Assembly (NCBI GenBank): GCA_963675295.2
Contig: CAXXKJ010000002.1
Span: forward strand, 1,280,001-1,344,000
Source of the DNA: a bacterium
GTDB taxonomy: Bacteria; Electryoneota; Electryoneia; Electryoneales; Electryoneaceae
DNA length: 64,000 nucleotides
Direction: 5' to 3'
The translations under genes and the position numbers were made by a program. The notes under the pieces are model-generated. The model did not search any database, was not told the origin of the DNA, and saw only the letters and a program-made list of their open reading frames with translations. Positions 27,030 to 36,674 of the stretch are shown piece after piece (within the stretch, counting starts at the first letter, position 1; every line of letters begins with the position of its first letter).

Positions 27030-27135
27030 ACATCGTCTCTGGATCTCGCCCGACCGTGGTGAGTCTGGATCAAGGCGGGTCGGGGCGTGGACGGGCAGTA
27101 TATTTGAGCGATTCAGCGACAACGGGGGATAACTG

Positions 27136-27831
27136 GTGGCGCGCACGGTGTTCAGCATTCGTTGGACCGCATTCCTTTTCATTCTGGCCATGCTGTGGGT
27201 TGTGCCGCAGGCGAATGCCGGTACAATCACCGGTGAGGTACGTGTGCTGGTCGAATCACAATCCAGCCACGCTCCGCGCAGCCCCTTCGCTCGCCGCCGT
27301 CCGGTGGAGGAATCGTCGCAAACCCCAATGCCCAGCGAGGAGATGCAGAAGGTGATTGTATTCCTCGCGGATGACCCATCGTTGAAACCCGCGCAACCGT
27401 TACCGGAAAAGCCGATTGTCAACCAGAAGGATCTCGAGATACAACCGGGTTTTCTGCTGGTGCCGGTTGGGACCACCGTGCGCTTCCCGAACAGTGACGA
27501 CGTCTACCACAACCTGTTCAGCGTCTCGTCGGCGAAACGGTTCGACCTCGGCCGCTACGGCCAGGGCAAGGAAAAAGAGGTCATCTTCGACAAACCCGGC
27601 GAGGTGCGCATCTTCTGCGACATTCACCCGCACATGAACGCGATCATCTTCGTCGTCCCCAACGAGTACTACACCGTGCTCGGCGAGGACGGCAGCTTCA
27701 GCCTCGAGAATGTTCCGGCGGGTGAGTACGAGCTTCATGTGTGGCACGAGTCGCTCGGGGAACAGACGAAACGGGTAAATGTGCCCGACTCCGGCGTGTC
27801 CACGGTCGATTTTGTCTTCGCCCGCAACTGA
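27136..27831 (+). CDS. Exported cupredoxin-fold/carboxypeptidase-regulatory-like protein (MauL-like)
   Basis: Signal peptide; FPNSDDVYHNLFS and FCDIHPHM type-1 Cu ligand motifs; G.Y.L.VWHE. Confidence 0.85.
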   Translation: MARTVFSIRWTAFLFILAMLWVVPQANAGTITGEVRVLVESQSSHAPRSPFARRRPVEESSQTPMPSEEMQKVIVFLADDPSLKPAQPLPEKPIVNQKDLEIQPGFLLVPVGTTVRFPNSDDVYHNLFSVSSAKRFDLGRYGQGKEKEVIFDKPGEVRIFCDIHPHMNAIIFVVPNEYYTVLGEDGSFSLENVPAGEYELHVWHESLGEQTKRVNVPDSGVSTVDFVFARN

Positions 27832-27844
27832 GAGAGGCTGACCC

Positions 27845-29635
27845 GTGTCCTTCCGCAGCCGTCTCTTTTTCTCCTTTGTCGTGCTCGCCGCCGTGCTGGT
27901 TGGCGGATCGGTGCTGATGGTCAACTACCAGTTCGGCGATCTCGTGCAACGGGATGTGCTCAACGAACTGGCGCATTCCCCGGAACGCTTCGACGCCTTC
28001 CTCGCGTCCCAGATGGACATCCTGATCACGCAGGCGGTGAACATTTCGACGTCGCCGACGTTGCGTGGCACGATGTCGACAATGGACCGTCCCACCATCA
28101 TGCAGGCGGCGGAGGAGACAAATGTCCTCTACGGCTATGACCTGTTCTGGGTGCTGGACACTCGCGGCACGGTCGTCCATCGCGTTGATGAGCCGCACCA
28201 CTGGGGTGACAGCATCGATCATCTGCCGCTGATTCAGGATGTGGCGAACGGGTACGACAGCGGCGACATCTGGCTCAAGGACGGGATGCTGTACCAGGTC
28301 GCCGCGACACAAGTCCGTTCCGGCGACCAGTGGCTCGGCAGCATTGTCATCGGGGTTCGCTTCGACACTGGCATCAACGCCGAGTTCGCCGAACTGACCC
28401 ACCTCGACGTCGCCTTCGCCACCGTGGACACCATCGGCATCGCCTCACTCAGTGACATTTCCGGCTTCCCCTTACGCACGATTTACTACGAAAAACGAGA
28501 CGAACTTGCACGGGACAAGCGATCCGTGCCCAGTGTGCCGTGGCAGATGACCGGCCCGGACTCACGCATGCCGAACGCACCGACCTTCGAGTTCCGTAAC
28601 GCCGGGATTCACTATGCCGGAGCGCTATTCCGGCTAAATGACGTCAAGCATGACCAGTTGGCGTATGCGATGGTGTTCCAGCCGTTGACCAATGTCCGCG
28701 AACTGCAGCAGCGCATTCGCAACGGCCTGGTCGCCGTTGGTGTCGGCGCGATGTTCTTGTCGCTGCTGGTCGCCTACCTGCTCTCGCGTGGGCTGGCGCG
28801 TCCGATCAACCGGCTGGTGTCGGCGTCGCAACGCCTGGGCCGCGGCGATCTTGAAACGCCGGTGCCGGTGTCGAGCAATGACGAGATCGGTGTTCTCGCC
28901 CGTGCGTTGGAAGAAATGCGCGTGTCGCTGCGGGATGCCCGAGCGGAAGCGTTACGCAACGAACGGTTGACCACGATCGGACGGATGGCGTCTACGATCA
29001 CCCATGATTTCCGGCAGCCGATCACCTCGATTTACGGTTACATCCAGCTGATCACGTTGCCCAGCGCCGACCGTGAGATGCAGCAGGAATTCGCGCAGCA
29101 GATTATCAAGCAGATCGACCGCATGCAGGGCATGATCAACGAGCTGCTCGACTATTCACGCGGTGAGTATGTGCTGAATAAGCAGGAGGTTCAGCTCTCC
29201 ACCTTCCTCGAACGGGTGCGGCAGAACTTTGACCTCTCGGCCAGTAAACAGCACATTGAGCTGGTGCTCAAGCAGGACTGGGACGGAACGGTTCAAATCG
29301 ACAGCGGCCGGTTCGAACGGGTACTCGACAACCTCATTCGTAACGCGATGCAGGCGATCAAGAACGATGGATTGATCAAGCTCAGCGTGGCTCGTGACGG
29401 CGACACCATCGCCATCGAAGTGCAGGACACCGGGCCGGGCATCCCGGAAGAAATCCGCGAAAACCTGTTCGACGCATTCGTCACGCACGGCAAAGCCGGC
29501 GGCACCGGCCTCGGGCTGGCGGTGACAAAGAAGGTCGTCGAGGAACATGGCGGCACGATTTCCGTCGCCAGCGAAGTCGGTTCCGGCACTACCTTTACCA
29601 TACGCATTCCGGTAACCCCCACCACGGAGGCCTGA
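27845..29635 (+). CDS. Membrane sensor histidine kinase (Cache-like sensor, HAMP, HisKA, HATPase)
   Basis: Two TM segments; DEIGVLA (HAMP); ITHDFRQP H-box; NLIRNA, DTGPGI, GTGLGL. Confidence 0.92.
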   Translation: MSFRSRLFFSFVVLAAVLVGGSVLMVNYQFGDLVQRDVLNELAHSPERFDAFLASQMDILITQAVNISTSPTLRGTMSTMDRPTIMQAAEETNVLYGYDLFWVLDTRGTVVHRVDEPHHWGDSIDHLPLIQDVANGYDSGDIWLKDGMLYQVAATQVRSGDQWLGSIVIGVRFDTGINAEFAELTHLDVAFATVDTIGIASLSDISGFPLRTIYYEKRDELARDKRSVPSVPWQMTGPDSRMPNAPTFEFRNAGIHYAGALFRLNDVKHDQLAYAMVFQPLTNVRELQQRIRNGLVAVGVGAMFLSLLVAYLLSRGLARPINRLVSASQRLGRGDLETPVPVSSNDEIGVLARALEEMRVSLRDARAEALRNERLTTIGRMASTITHDFRQPITSIYGYIQLITLPSADREMQQEFAQQIIKQIDRMQGMINELLDYSRGEYVLNKQEVQLSTFLERVRQNFDLSASKQHIELVLKQDWDGTVQIDSGRFERVLDNLIRNAMQAIKNDGLIKLSVARDGDTIAIEVQDTGPGIPEEIRENLFDAFVTHGKAGGTGLGLAVTKKVVEEHGGTISVASEVGSGTTFTIRIPVTPTTEA

Positions 29636-29636
29636 T

Positions 29637-30872
29637 ATGACCGCCCGTTGGATCTGGATTCCGATGATTGTGCTGGCGATGGCCGGCAGTGTGTTCGCAA
29701 AGTCGTACACCCTCGGCAGCACCGGCTTCGAGATGAGCGGCGACATCTCCATCGTCTTCCGCGAACTGGACAAGGACACTGAGCTGAACACGAACAGCCG
29801 TGGCGACGATCCGTACAACAACGTCCGCGCACGCCTGTTCTTCCAGAAGGCGTGGACCGAGACCATCGACTTCTACCTCGAGCTGCTCTGGGATGTTGGC
29901 GCTCCGGCACGTATCCAGGGAGCGTATCTCACCTTTTACGACCTCTGGACCGAATCGCTGGCGCTGAAGGTGGGGATGATCCCGTCACCGTTCGGCAATT
30001 ACGGCCATCGTTCAACGTACTTCAACCAGAACGCGCTGATCGGTGTCCCGGCGATGTGGCTGACCGAAACGCCGCTCGCCACGAACGGTTCGACGCACAA
30101 CGAAGACCTGTTCCCGTATGGTCCCGCCGGACTGGGCGGAGTCTACGCCGGGGGGTATGACGCCTGCTGGGATTATGGCATGAACCTGATGTTCCAGCGC
30201 GGGATTGTCGAGGCGCAGCTGGCGTGGACACTGGCGGTGCTGTCGAGCCCGTACGCGGCCTCCAACGACGGCTACCAGGGCATCCTCAACCTTGGCCTGA
30301 ACCCGATCACCGGCCTGCGGTTCGGCGGCAGTGTCGCCTACGGCCCGTGGCTGACCGGCAGCGCCGAGATCCATGAATACGACCCGGTGGGCAGTTACGG
30401 GGCATCCTCCCTCGCGGGTGTGTCGCTGTCTCGTTCAACGTCCGCCACCTACGGCGACGCTGTCGATCCCGAGGAGTTCATGCAGACAGCGTTTGGCGGG
30501 TATGCGGAATACTCGTTCGGCCTGTTCCAGTTCTTCGGCGAGTTCATGACGATGACGTGGGAAACGCCCTACATCTACGAGGAAGAGCTGACAGCGAACT
30601 CGGCGTACCTCGAAGGGATCTGGAAGTTTGTCCCGGGCTGGGAATTTGCGTCCCGCTTTGACCGCACGTGGTACAGCGAAATCGCGCCGGTGAACGACGG
30701 AACGGGCGAAGAACTTCCGTGGGCGCCGGACTTCAGCCGCATCGAGGCGGCGGTCGGGTATCGCATCATCCGCGAAGGCTTTATCCGTCTCGATTACCAG
30801 CACACGATGTTCGACTCCGACCAAATGGACGACGTCGACCTGCTCGCGCTGCAGTTCCTGTTTGCGTTTTAG
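29637..30872 (+). CDS. Putative outer-membrane beta-barrel (porin-like) protein
   Basis: Signal peptide, alternating aromatic beta-strands, G.IPSPFG motif, terminal Phe. Confidence 0.65.
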   Translation: MTARWIWIPMIVLAMAGSVFAKSYTLGSTGFEMSGDISIVFRELDKDTELNTNSRGDDPYNNVRARLFFQKAWTETIDFYLELLWDVGAPARIQGAYLTFYDLWTESLALKVGMIPSPFGNYGHRSTYFNQNALIGVPAMWLTETPLATNGSTHNEDLFPYGPAGLGGVYAGGYDACWDYGMNLMFQRGIVEAQLAWTLAVLSSPYAASNDGYQGILNLGLNPITGLRFGGSVAYGPWLTGSAEIHEYDPVGSYGASSLAGVSLSRSTSATYGDAVDPEEFMQTAFGGYAEYSFGLFQFFGEFMTMTWETPYIYEEELTANSAYLEGIWKFVPGWEFASRFDRTWYSEIAPVNDGTGEELPWAPDFSRIEAAVGYRIIREGFIRLDYQHTMFDSDQMDDVDLLALQFLFAF

Positions 30873-31147
30873 GGAAGGACTGCGGGCTGCGGTTTCCGAG
30901 CTGCGGGTGGTGGACGGCTGTGAACATGAAGTGCCCGTGTTCGCTTGCGAACGCGGCTACACGGCACTTGGGTAGCGCGAGGGTGTCATCCTGAACGCAG
31001 TGAAGGATCTCCTAGTTATCAGCTGTGATACAAGATAGAACCGGGGACACTTTCAGGAGAAGGTGTCCCCGGTTCATCTCTGTTTCATGCCTTCTTACCA
31101 CGGACTTAAGTCCGTGGTAAGAACGTAGTATGCTCACAGCTCACAGC
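30873..31147. repeat. Composite intergenic repeat cluster (BIME-like)
   Basis: ctgcgg heptamers; REP 30931..30960; tgtcatcctgaacgcagtgaaggatct 30984..31010; ggggacac...gtgtcccc hairpin; perfect 32-bp palindrome 31092..31123; gctcaca heptamers. Confidence 0.75.
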
Positions 31148-32716
31148 CTACCGTTCCCGACTCCTTAGCACCGCCAGTGGCAGCACCATCTCTTCCAGCG
31201 AAATCCCGCCGTGGACAAAGTTGTCCCGGAATTTTTCCGCATACTTGTTGAAGTCGGTCGGGTAGACGAAGTAGTTGTCGCTTTTCGCGAGGATCAGGTC
31301 GTCGTTGAGGCCGGTCGGTCCGATGCCCCAGGTGTCCGGCTGACGCACTCGCACGGCCGCCTTCGGGTCCACCTTCAGGTTGCGGCCGATCTTGTAGCGC
31401 AGGCTCGGGGACGCTTCCCGGTCACCCATCACCTTGACCGCGTTCCTTGCACGTTTCGAGCCGTGGTCGCTGGTCAGCACGATCGTCACGCCACGCTGGC
31501 CGAAGGTCCGCATCAGCTCGAGTAACGGGCTGTGTTCGAACCACGATTTGACGACGGAACGGTACGCGGCTTCGTCCGGGATCAGGGTCTGGATCACTTC
31601 CTCGGTGCTGCGGTGGTGCGCGACGATGTCGACGAAATTGAAGACCATGCTCACCAGCGGCAGGTCGAAATAATCGCTCGCCTTGCGCAGGATGCGTTGC
31701 GCTTCGTCCTGGTCGAGGATCTTGGCGTACTTCGGTTCCGGGTTCGGGAAAATGTGCATCTTCTGGAGTTGGCGGTCGAGCAGCTGGCGCTCGAAGCGGT
31801 TGACGTTTGTGTCGCCGTCCCACTCGAGCTTGTTGTAGAGGTCGCCGTGCACACGCGGATAATCATTCGGCAGCAGGCCGGAGAAGATGCTGTTGCGTGC
31901 GAACGGTGTCGCGGTCGGCAGCAGCGAGAAGTACGGCTCGGTCTCGATGTCGAAGTGTTCACGCATCATCGGTTCGACCGCCATCCAGTGGTCGTAGCGC
32001 AGGCAGTCGAGCACGAGGAACAGCACCGGCTCATCGTTCCGAATCAGCGGCGCGATCCATTCACGCACAATATCGTGGCTCAGCGGGGGACGGTCGTCCC
32101 GTTCCATCTTCATCCAGCGCGGGTACATCCGCTCGATGTAACGGCCGAAGGTGTGATTCGCACTTTCCAATTGTTGGTCGAACAGGCCGAGCAGGCTGGC
32201 GTCTCGTTGCTGCGCGATTTCAATCGACCAGCGGTTCATGCGCACGCCGAGATCGAGCCACTCATCCCAGTCCATCTCGCCGTCCAGCTCTTCGCCGGTA
32301 CGGTTGAACTCGGCGACGTAATCCTGCGCGAGACGTTGCTGGTTGATCTCGCGGGCGTCGAGCAGCCGTTTCAACGCGGAGAGGATCTGGCTCGGGTTGA
32401 CCGGCTTGGTGAGGTAGTCGTCAATGCGGCGGCCGATCGCCTCCTCCATCAAAGATTCTTCCTCAGACTTGGTGATCATGATCACCGGCAGGCCGGGCCG
32501 GATCTGCTTGACCCGTTGCAGGGTCGCGATGCCGTCGAGACCGGCCATCTGTTCGTCGAGCAGGAGCGCGTCGTACCGTTCGTGCATTACCTCACGGATG
32601 GCGTCCTGGCCGCTGGTGACGGCCTTGACGTTGAACTCACGGTCTTCGAGGAACATCACGTGGGGCTTCAGCAGTTCGATTTCGTCGTCAGCCCAGAGGA
32701 TACGTTTCGCTGCCAC
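31148..32716 (-). CDS. porX: PorX-like response regulator (REC plus PglZ/alkaline-phosphatase domain)
   Basis: ILWADDEIELLKPH, LLDEQM, MITKSEEE, DCLRYD, LPTATPFARNSIFSG, SDHG, HGGISLEEM: PorX signature motifs. Confidence 0.88.
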   Translation of the reverse strand: MAAKRILWADDEIELLKPHVMFLEDREFNVKAVTSGQDAIREVMHERYDALLLDEQMAGLDGIATLQRVKQIRPGLPVIMITKSEEESLMEEAIGRRIDDYLTKPVNPSQILSALKRLLDAREINQQRLAQDYVAEFNRTGEELDGEMDWDEWLDLGVRMNRWSIEIAQQRDASLLGLFDQQLESANHTFGRYIERMYPRWMKMERDDRPPLSHDIVREWIAPLIRNDEPVLFLVLDCLRYDHWMAVEPMMREHFDIETEPYFSLLPTATPFARNSIFSGLLPNDYPRVHGDLYNKLEWDGDTNVNRFERQLLDRQLQKMHIFPNPEPKYAKILDQDEAQRILRKASDYFDLPLVSMVFNFVDIVAHHRSTEEVIQTLIPDEAAYRSVVKSWFEHSPLLELMRTFGQRGVTIVLTSDHGSKRARNAVKVMGDREASPSLRYKIGRNLKVDPKAAVRVRQPDTWGIGPTGLNDDLILAKSDNYFVYPTDFNKYAEKFRDNFVHGGISLEEMVLPLAVLRSRER

Positions 32717-32853
32717 CTGGGAACTCCCTGTGTTTGATGTGGTTGATGGTTGTGCAACTCGGTAGCAACGTGCGGGGGCTGGATTTTCCTTGTTGGTGCT
32801 TCAGATCGTGTTTATGTCTCAATGTGTCTTGAGTTTTCTTATGTTTTCTTATG

Positions 32854-32973
32854 TGTCATCCTGAACGTAGTGAAGGATCTTGGTTCCCAATGATCTACTC
32901 TGGCATCGTCGTGTGATCTACCCAATTGTTTCGGCCAGATTCTTCACTTCTCTTCGTTCCGTTCAGAATGACA
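32854..32973. repeat. TGTCAT...ATGACA inverted-repeat miniature element
   Basis: tgtcatcctgaacgtagtgaaggatct ... agattcttcacttctcttcgttccgttcagaatgaca; related copies at 30984, 11726 and 51973. Confidence 0.75.
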
Positions 32974-33004
32974 CTCTTACACGCAATCACTCATAACTCA
33001 TCAC

Positions 33005-33916
33005 TCACGACTCATCACTCGTCAGTCCACGCCATCCCTCAGCCTGCTCACTCGTCAACCGTCCTTCGCGTTCCGCCAGTTCGACGAGTGCGGCGGTCAG
33101 TTGACGATACAGCGCTTTCGTTTCGTCATCCACCTCGGTCGCGAGGTGCGCGGTGACGGTGTCGCGGTCATTGCGTGCGACCGGGCCGGTCAACGCTCGC
33201 GCCGGGTCGTGTTGGTGCAGACTGTCCAGCATGCCACGCATCAGTGGCAACAGTGCCTGGATCGCGGTGGTCCGGTCCGCGGCGATCCCGTCCAGGCACC
33301 CCGCGCCCATGTCGAGCAGCAGCGGCAGGAAGTTGGACACGATCACCGACGCCAGATGATACTGCGCGCGTTGTTCATCCGGGACGATCATCGGTTGCAC
33401 ACCCAGCCGCCGCGCCAGTTCCATCATCGCGGGGAGCGCTCCGTCATCAGCGGTGACGCCGGCGTAGATGCCGTGGAAACGCTCTGCGCCGGATCGTGGC
33501 GGAAAGGTCTGGATCGGGTGGAAGGCGGCGGTCTGCCAGCCGAGTTGCGCGAGTGGCTTCAGTGGGGCCAGGCCATGCGCGCCGGACAGGTGCAGCGCGA
33601 TCCGTGGCACCTCGGCACCGTCGATTCGTGCGAGCGGATTCTCCGCGACACGGGCGGCGACAGATTCGATCGTTTGGTCCGGTGTCGCAATCAGCAGCAT
33701 CGGGTGGACCGGCGACAGGGCCGACAGGTCACAAATGGGGAAGCCGTCTGCTCGAGCGGTCGATGCGCCCGGCGAATCCAGCAGCTCGCAGACACAGCAG
33801 ATCGTGTGCCCGGCCTGCTGCAGGGCGAGGGTGAAGGCTCGTCCGGCGGAACCGTAGCCGACGACGGCGACGTCTGGCGGGTTTCCCGCGCTGATGTGTG
33901 GTGACGGTTGGCTCAT
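33005..33916 (-). CDS. Rossmann-like plus DUF2520 oxidoreductase (PanG-like)
   Basis: VGYGSAG, HLSGA, FHPIQTF, YHLASVIVSNF, ALTGPVARND motifs. Confidence 0.85.
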   Translation of the reverse strand: MSQPSPHISAGNPPDVAVVGYGSAGRAFTLALQQAGHTICCVCELLDSPGASTARADGFPICDLSALSPVHPMLLIATPDQTIESVAARVAENPLARIDGAEVPRIALHLSGAHGLAPLKPLAQLGWQTAAFHPIQTFPPRSGAERFHGIYAGVTADDGALPAMMELARRLGVQPMIVPDEQRAQYHLASVIVSNFLPLLLDMGAGCLDGIAADRTTAIQALLPLMRGMLDSLHQHDPARALTGPVARNDRDTVTAHLATEVDDETKALYRQLTAALVELAEREGRLTSEQAEGWRGLTSDES

Positions 33917-33957
33917 GAGTAGAACGAGCCGCTAAGTAGCGGCTCGGATAAGGTCTC

Positions 33958-34296
33958 TCAGTCCGCGGGGTACGGCGGACGCATCTTCAACTTGCTGCGG
34001 CGGTCAACGTCACGCCGGTCTTTCTCACGGCGTCGTTCCCGCTCCTGGGGCGACTCGTTGGGTTTCTCTCGTCTGTCTCTTCCGGATCGGCGCTCGTTTT
34101 TCCGCCTGTCCTCCCAGACCAGTTTCCGTGTCGCCATGGTACGATTCGGCACGTAGTCATACCCGAGATCTTCGTACGTGGTGTCTGGCTTTTTTTCCTG
34201 AATGGCGGCACGAATGGATTGTGCGAGAAAGGCGATGGCGATGAGCACAAACATGACGGCTGCGAGCCCGATCAGGATGCTCAGCAAGGTATCCAT
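33958..34296 (-). CDS. Small single-TM protein with Arg-rich (D/E)RR repeats
   Basis: RBS ggagg; N-terminal TM helix; tail EDRR-NERR-RDRR-RERR-KDRR-VDRR. Confidence 0.7.
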   Translation of the reverse strand: MDTLLSILIGLAAVMFVLIAIAFLAQSIRAAIQEKKPDTTYEDLGYDYVPNRTMATRKLVWEDRRKNERRSGRDRREKPNESPQERERRREKDRRDVDRRSKLKMRPPYPAD

Positions 34297-34579
34297 GTAG
34301 TTCCTCCGTCGAACCCACCCGGGATTCGATCCAACCCACAGAACAGACCCCGTCCTCCAGCTTCGCCCCGTTGCTGAAAACCCGGGATGCCATTCTCTTC
34401 AGCCACAAGTATACGAGTTGCGCCCGATTCCCGCAAGAGGGGATCGCCTCGCCAGTCCAATTCTCGAATACTCACAAGCACATGTCAATCTTGCAATCAA
34501 GATAGCGCGTTGAAGAGTCGAATTGGGTAATCTGGCGCACATCACGGAGCTCCAACGGACCTTCTCCCTGTCCGGACGC

Positions 34580-35101
34580 CTAGTGGTCAGATTCTTCTGT
34601 TTCTACGTCGTAATCAACGGATGGGCGTTGAGTTTCACCCACTGCATTGTAACTCTCTAATGCCTCCGGGTGACGGATGTGTCCACCCACATTGGAGACG
34701 ACGGTCGCAAAAATTGCCGTACCTGCAACAAGAAGTACACTCGCCCACCACGCCCACCCACGGATTTTGTCCGGGTTTTTGCGCACCAGGCTGAACCAGA
34801 TGATGCTCAGGAAAGCCGAGGCGAGAGCGAACGGAAACATCGTTTCGCCCAGCTCCTCGTGTTCATGGATCGCCTCGTCGCTGATGCCGGGTATCTGCGA
34901 GACGAGATCCGCTGCAGATTCTCCCGTATTCGCAGCCAACACCAGACCCGCGGCTGCCATCAAAATGATCACCAGGGTCGATAGATGCAGACCCGTCTGG
35001 TTCTTGTAAAACGAACTGAAAATGAGCAGCAGCAACCCGATCCACATCAGCGTCGGCGCGGAGTGTACAAAGATCAGGTGCAGGTGAGCAGCGTTTGGCA
35101 T
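34580..35101 (-). CDS. DUF2231-like four-TM membrane protein with conserved histidines
   Basis: HLHLIFVH, TGE.A, HEHE, GGHIRHPE pattern; start set at ATG 35101. Confidence 0.7.
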   Translation of the reverse strand: MPNAAHLHLIFVHSAPTLMWIGLLLLIFSSFYKNQTGLHLSTLVIILMAAAGLVLAANTGESAADLVSQIPGISDEAIHEHEELGETMFPFALASAFLSIIWFSLVRKNPDKIRGWAWWASVLLVAGTAIFATVVSNVGGHIRHPEALESYNAVGETQRPSVDYDVETEESDH

Positions 35102-35246
35102 CAGTGTACCATGCTTCTTGCTGGATGTTGCAGAACAACGAAAGGTAGCTCTCTGAAAACCGCTGTGCCAACCGGAACACAAATGTTCTTGCGTTCTCAG
35201 GTGTCACTCCGGTAGCTTCCGGCATTCGTGCAACGGGAATTCCAAT

Positions 35247-36404
35247 TTGATACCATACACGCGTAAAACAAATCCCAAAGCGGTTTTTCCGCCGCTGCTC
35301 GCTCTGGTTGCCCTGTTCGCAGTCGCCAGAGCGTACGGCTCTCCTGACGCGGATTCCACGGCTTCCGAAACGGGCGGAGCGCATATCATCGCCGCGCCGT
35401 ATGTCGTTGGCAACTCGGATGATGGCCTCACCCTCGGTTTTGGCTTCGGCGCCAACCGGCCACCGTCCCTGTACGCCGTCTCCAGCGTCGAGTATTCGCT
35501 CACCGGCCAGATGAACGTGTATGTCGAGGGCGAAATCCGGCTCGGAAATTTCCGCTACGCCGGCAAGGTCAGTTACAGCCGTGGGGATTACGGGATTTAC
35601 CCAACACAACCGGTGGACCCGGATTTCATCGCCGAGGCGGATATTGAACGTGTCGACATCAAGCTGGCGGCTCTGCGTCCCCTCGGCCATCATTTCGAGC
35701 TTGGTCCGGCGGTGTGGATCGAGTCGGCACGGGGCATGCGTCCCGAGGACCCGGACAAGGTTCCGTTGGAGCTGGCGACACTATCACCATTCCGGCCCGG
35801 ATCGCTGGCGCTGGGCGGTGTACGGGCACGGTGGCGGACAACCAGCAGCGTGCGTCCGATGGACGGCTACATCCTCGACCTGATCACGCAGGCCGGGGCG
35901 GCATGGGCGGATGAGTGGGACGACGCCAGACCGGACGCGACAGTCCAGTTCAAGGCGGCGATGGCGAAACCGTTACACCCACGGCTGCGCTATTACCTGC
36001 GGGCGGAAACCCGGCTGCAGCTGAACACGCCGCCGATTGTGCGTAACTACAACGGTGGCGACAAGAAGGTTCGTGGGCAGCCGAAACGCCGTGAATACGG
36101 CCGCCGCGCGATCTACACCCGCGCCCAGACTCATTGGACAATGCTCGACGACTGGCGCTGGCCGTCCGAGGTGGCGCACAGCCTGTTTTCGTTTATCCAT
36201 GTGTATGATCTCGATGTCGAGCTGGTGCCGTTTTACGACATGGGCGTGATGGCCGATCCGGACTACGGCTGGCTGCCCACGCGTCACGGCGTCGGGATGG
36301 GCGTACATCTCGTGATTCCGCCGGAGTTGGTGCTGCGTGTCGATGTCGGCGTCTCACCCGGCGGTTCGCCACGCTTCTACTTCACCATCGGTGAGTCGAT
36401 TTAG
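35247..36404 (+). CDS. Omp85/BamA-TamA-like outer-membrane barrel without POTRA domains
   Basis: Signal peptide; VRGQ (VRG motif); FYD.G...G.G...LRVD.G...YFTIGES C-terminus. Start uncertain. Confidence 0.6.
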   Translation: MIPYTRKTNPKAVFPPLLALVALFAVARAYGSPDADSTASETGGAHIIAAPYVVGNSDDGLTLGFGFGANRPPSLYAVSSVEYSLTGQMNVYVEGEIRLGNFRYAGKVSYSRGDYGIYPTQPVDPDFIAEADIERVDIKLAALRPLGHHFELGPAVWIESARGMRPEDPDKVPLELATLSPFRPGSLALGGVRARWRTTSSVRPMDGYILDLITQAGAAWADEWDDARPDATVQFKAAMAKPLHPRLRYYLRAETRLQLNTPPIVRNYNGGDKKVRGQPKRREYGRRAIYTRAQTHWTMLDDWRWPSEVAHSLFSFIHVYDLDVELVPFYDMGVMADPDYGWLPTRHGVGMGVHLVIPPELVLRVDVGVSPGGSPRFYFTIGESI

Positions 36405-36674
36405 GCAGGTGTGAGGATTGAGGTGTGAGGATTGAGGAGTTGAGGTAGGCTCATGCCCCTGTGACCCGCCGTGTGTCTGGCGGTTCGCAGGGCTCGTCCC
36501 CCGCAAACGATCTTACCTGGATGTGCCCCCGATGGCTCCGCCAGCAGGGATGCTCCGCCGCATTCCCTGAAATCCCGCAAACGATTCCTCGATCCGTTCT
36601 TGACCACCCCATGACCCGCAGCTAGATTAGAGAATCAGTCTATATATCGTCCAGCTCTCGAACCGGGGGAATCA

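Noticed and set aside
31148-32716. BREX defence system suggested by the PglZ domain
   Set aside because: The domain is fused to an N-terminal REC domain with PorX motifs, and there is no brxC/pglX/brxL.
35155-35175. Sigma54 promoter for the DUF2231-like gene (TTGGCACAGCGGTTTTC)
   Set aside because: Good -24 element, but the -12 GC is missing.
36430-36570. SRP RNA, 6S RNA or c-di-AMP riboswitch
   Set aside because: Lacks the SRP CAGG..GGAA..AGCAG core, and resemblance to the other families is only a few words. Kept only as an unclassified structure.
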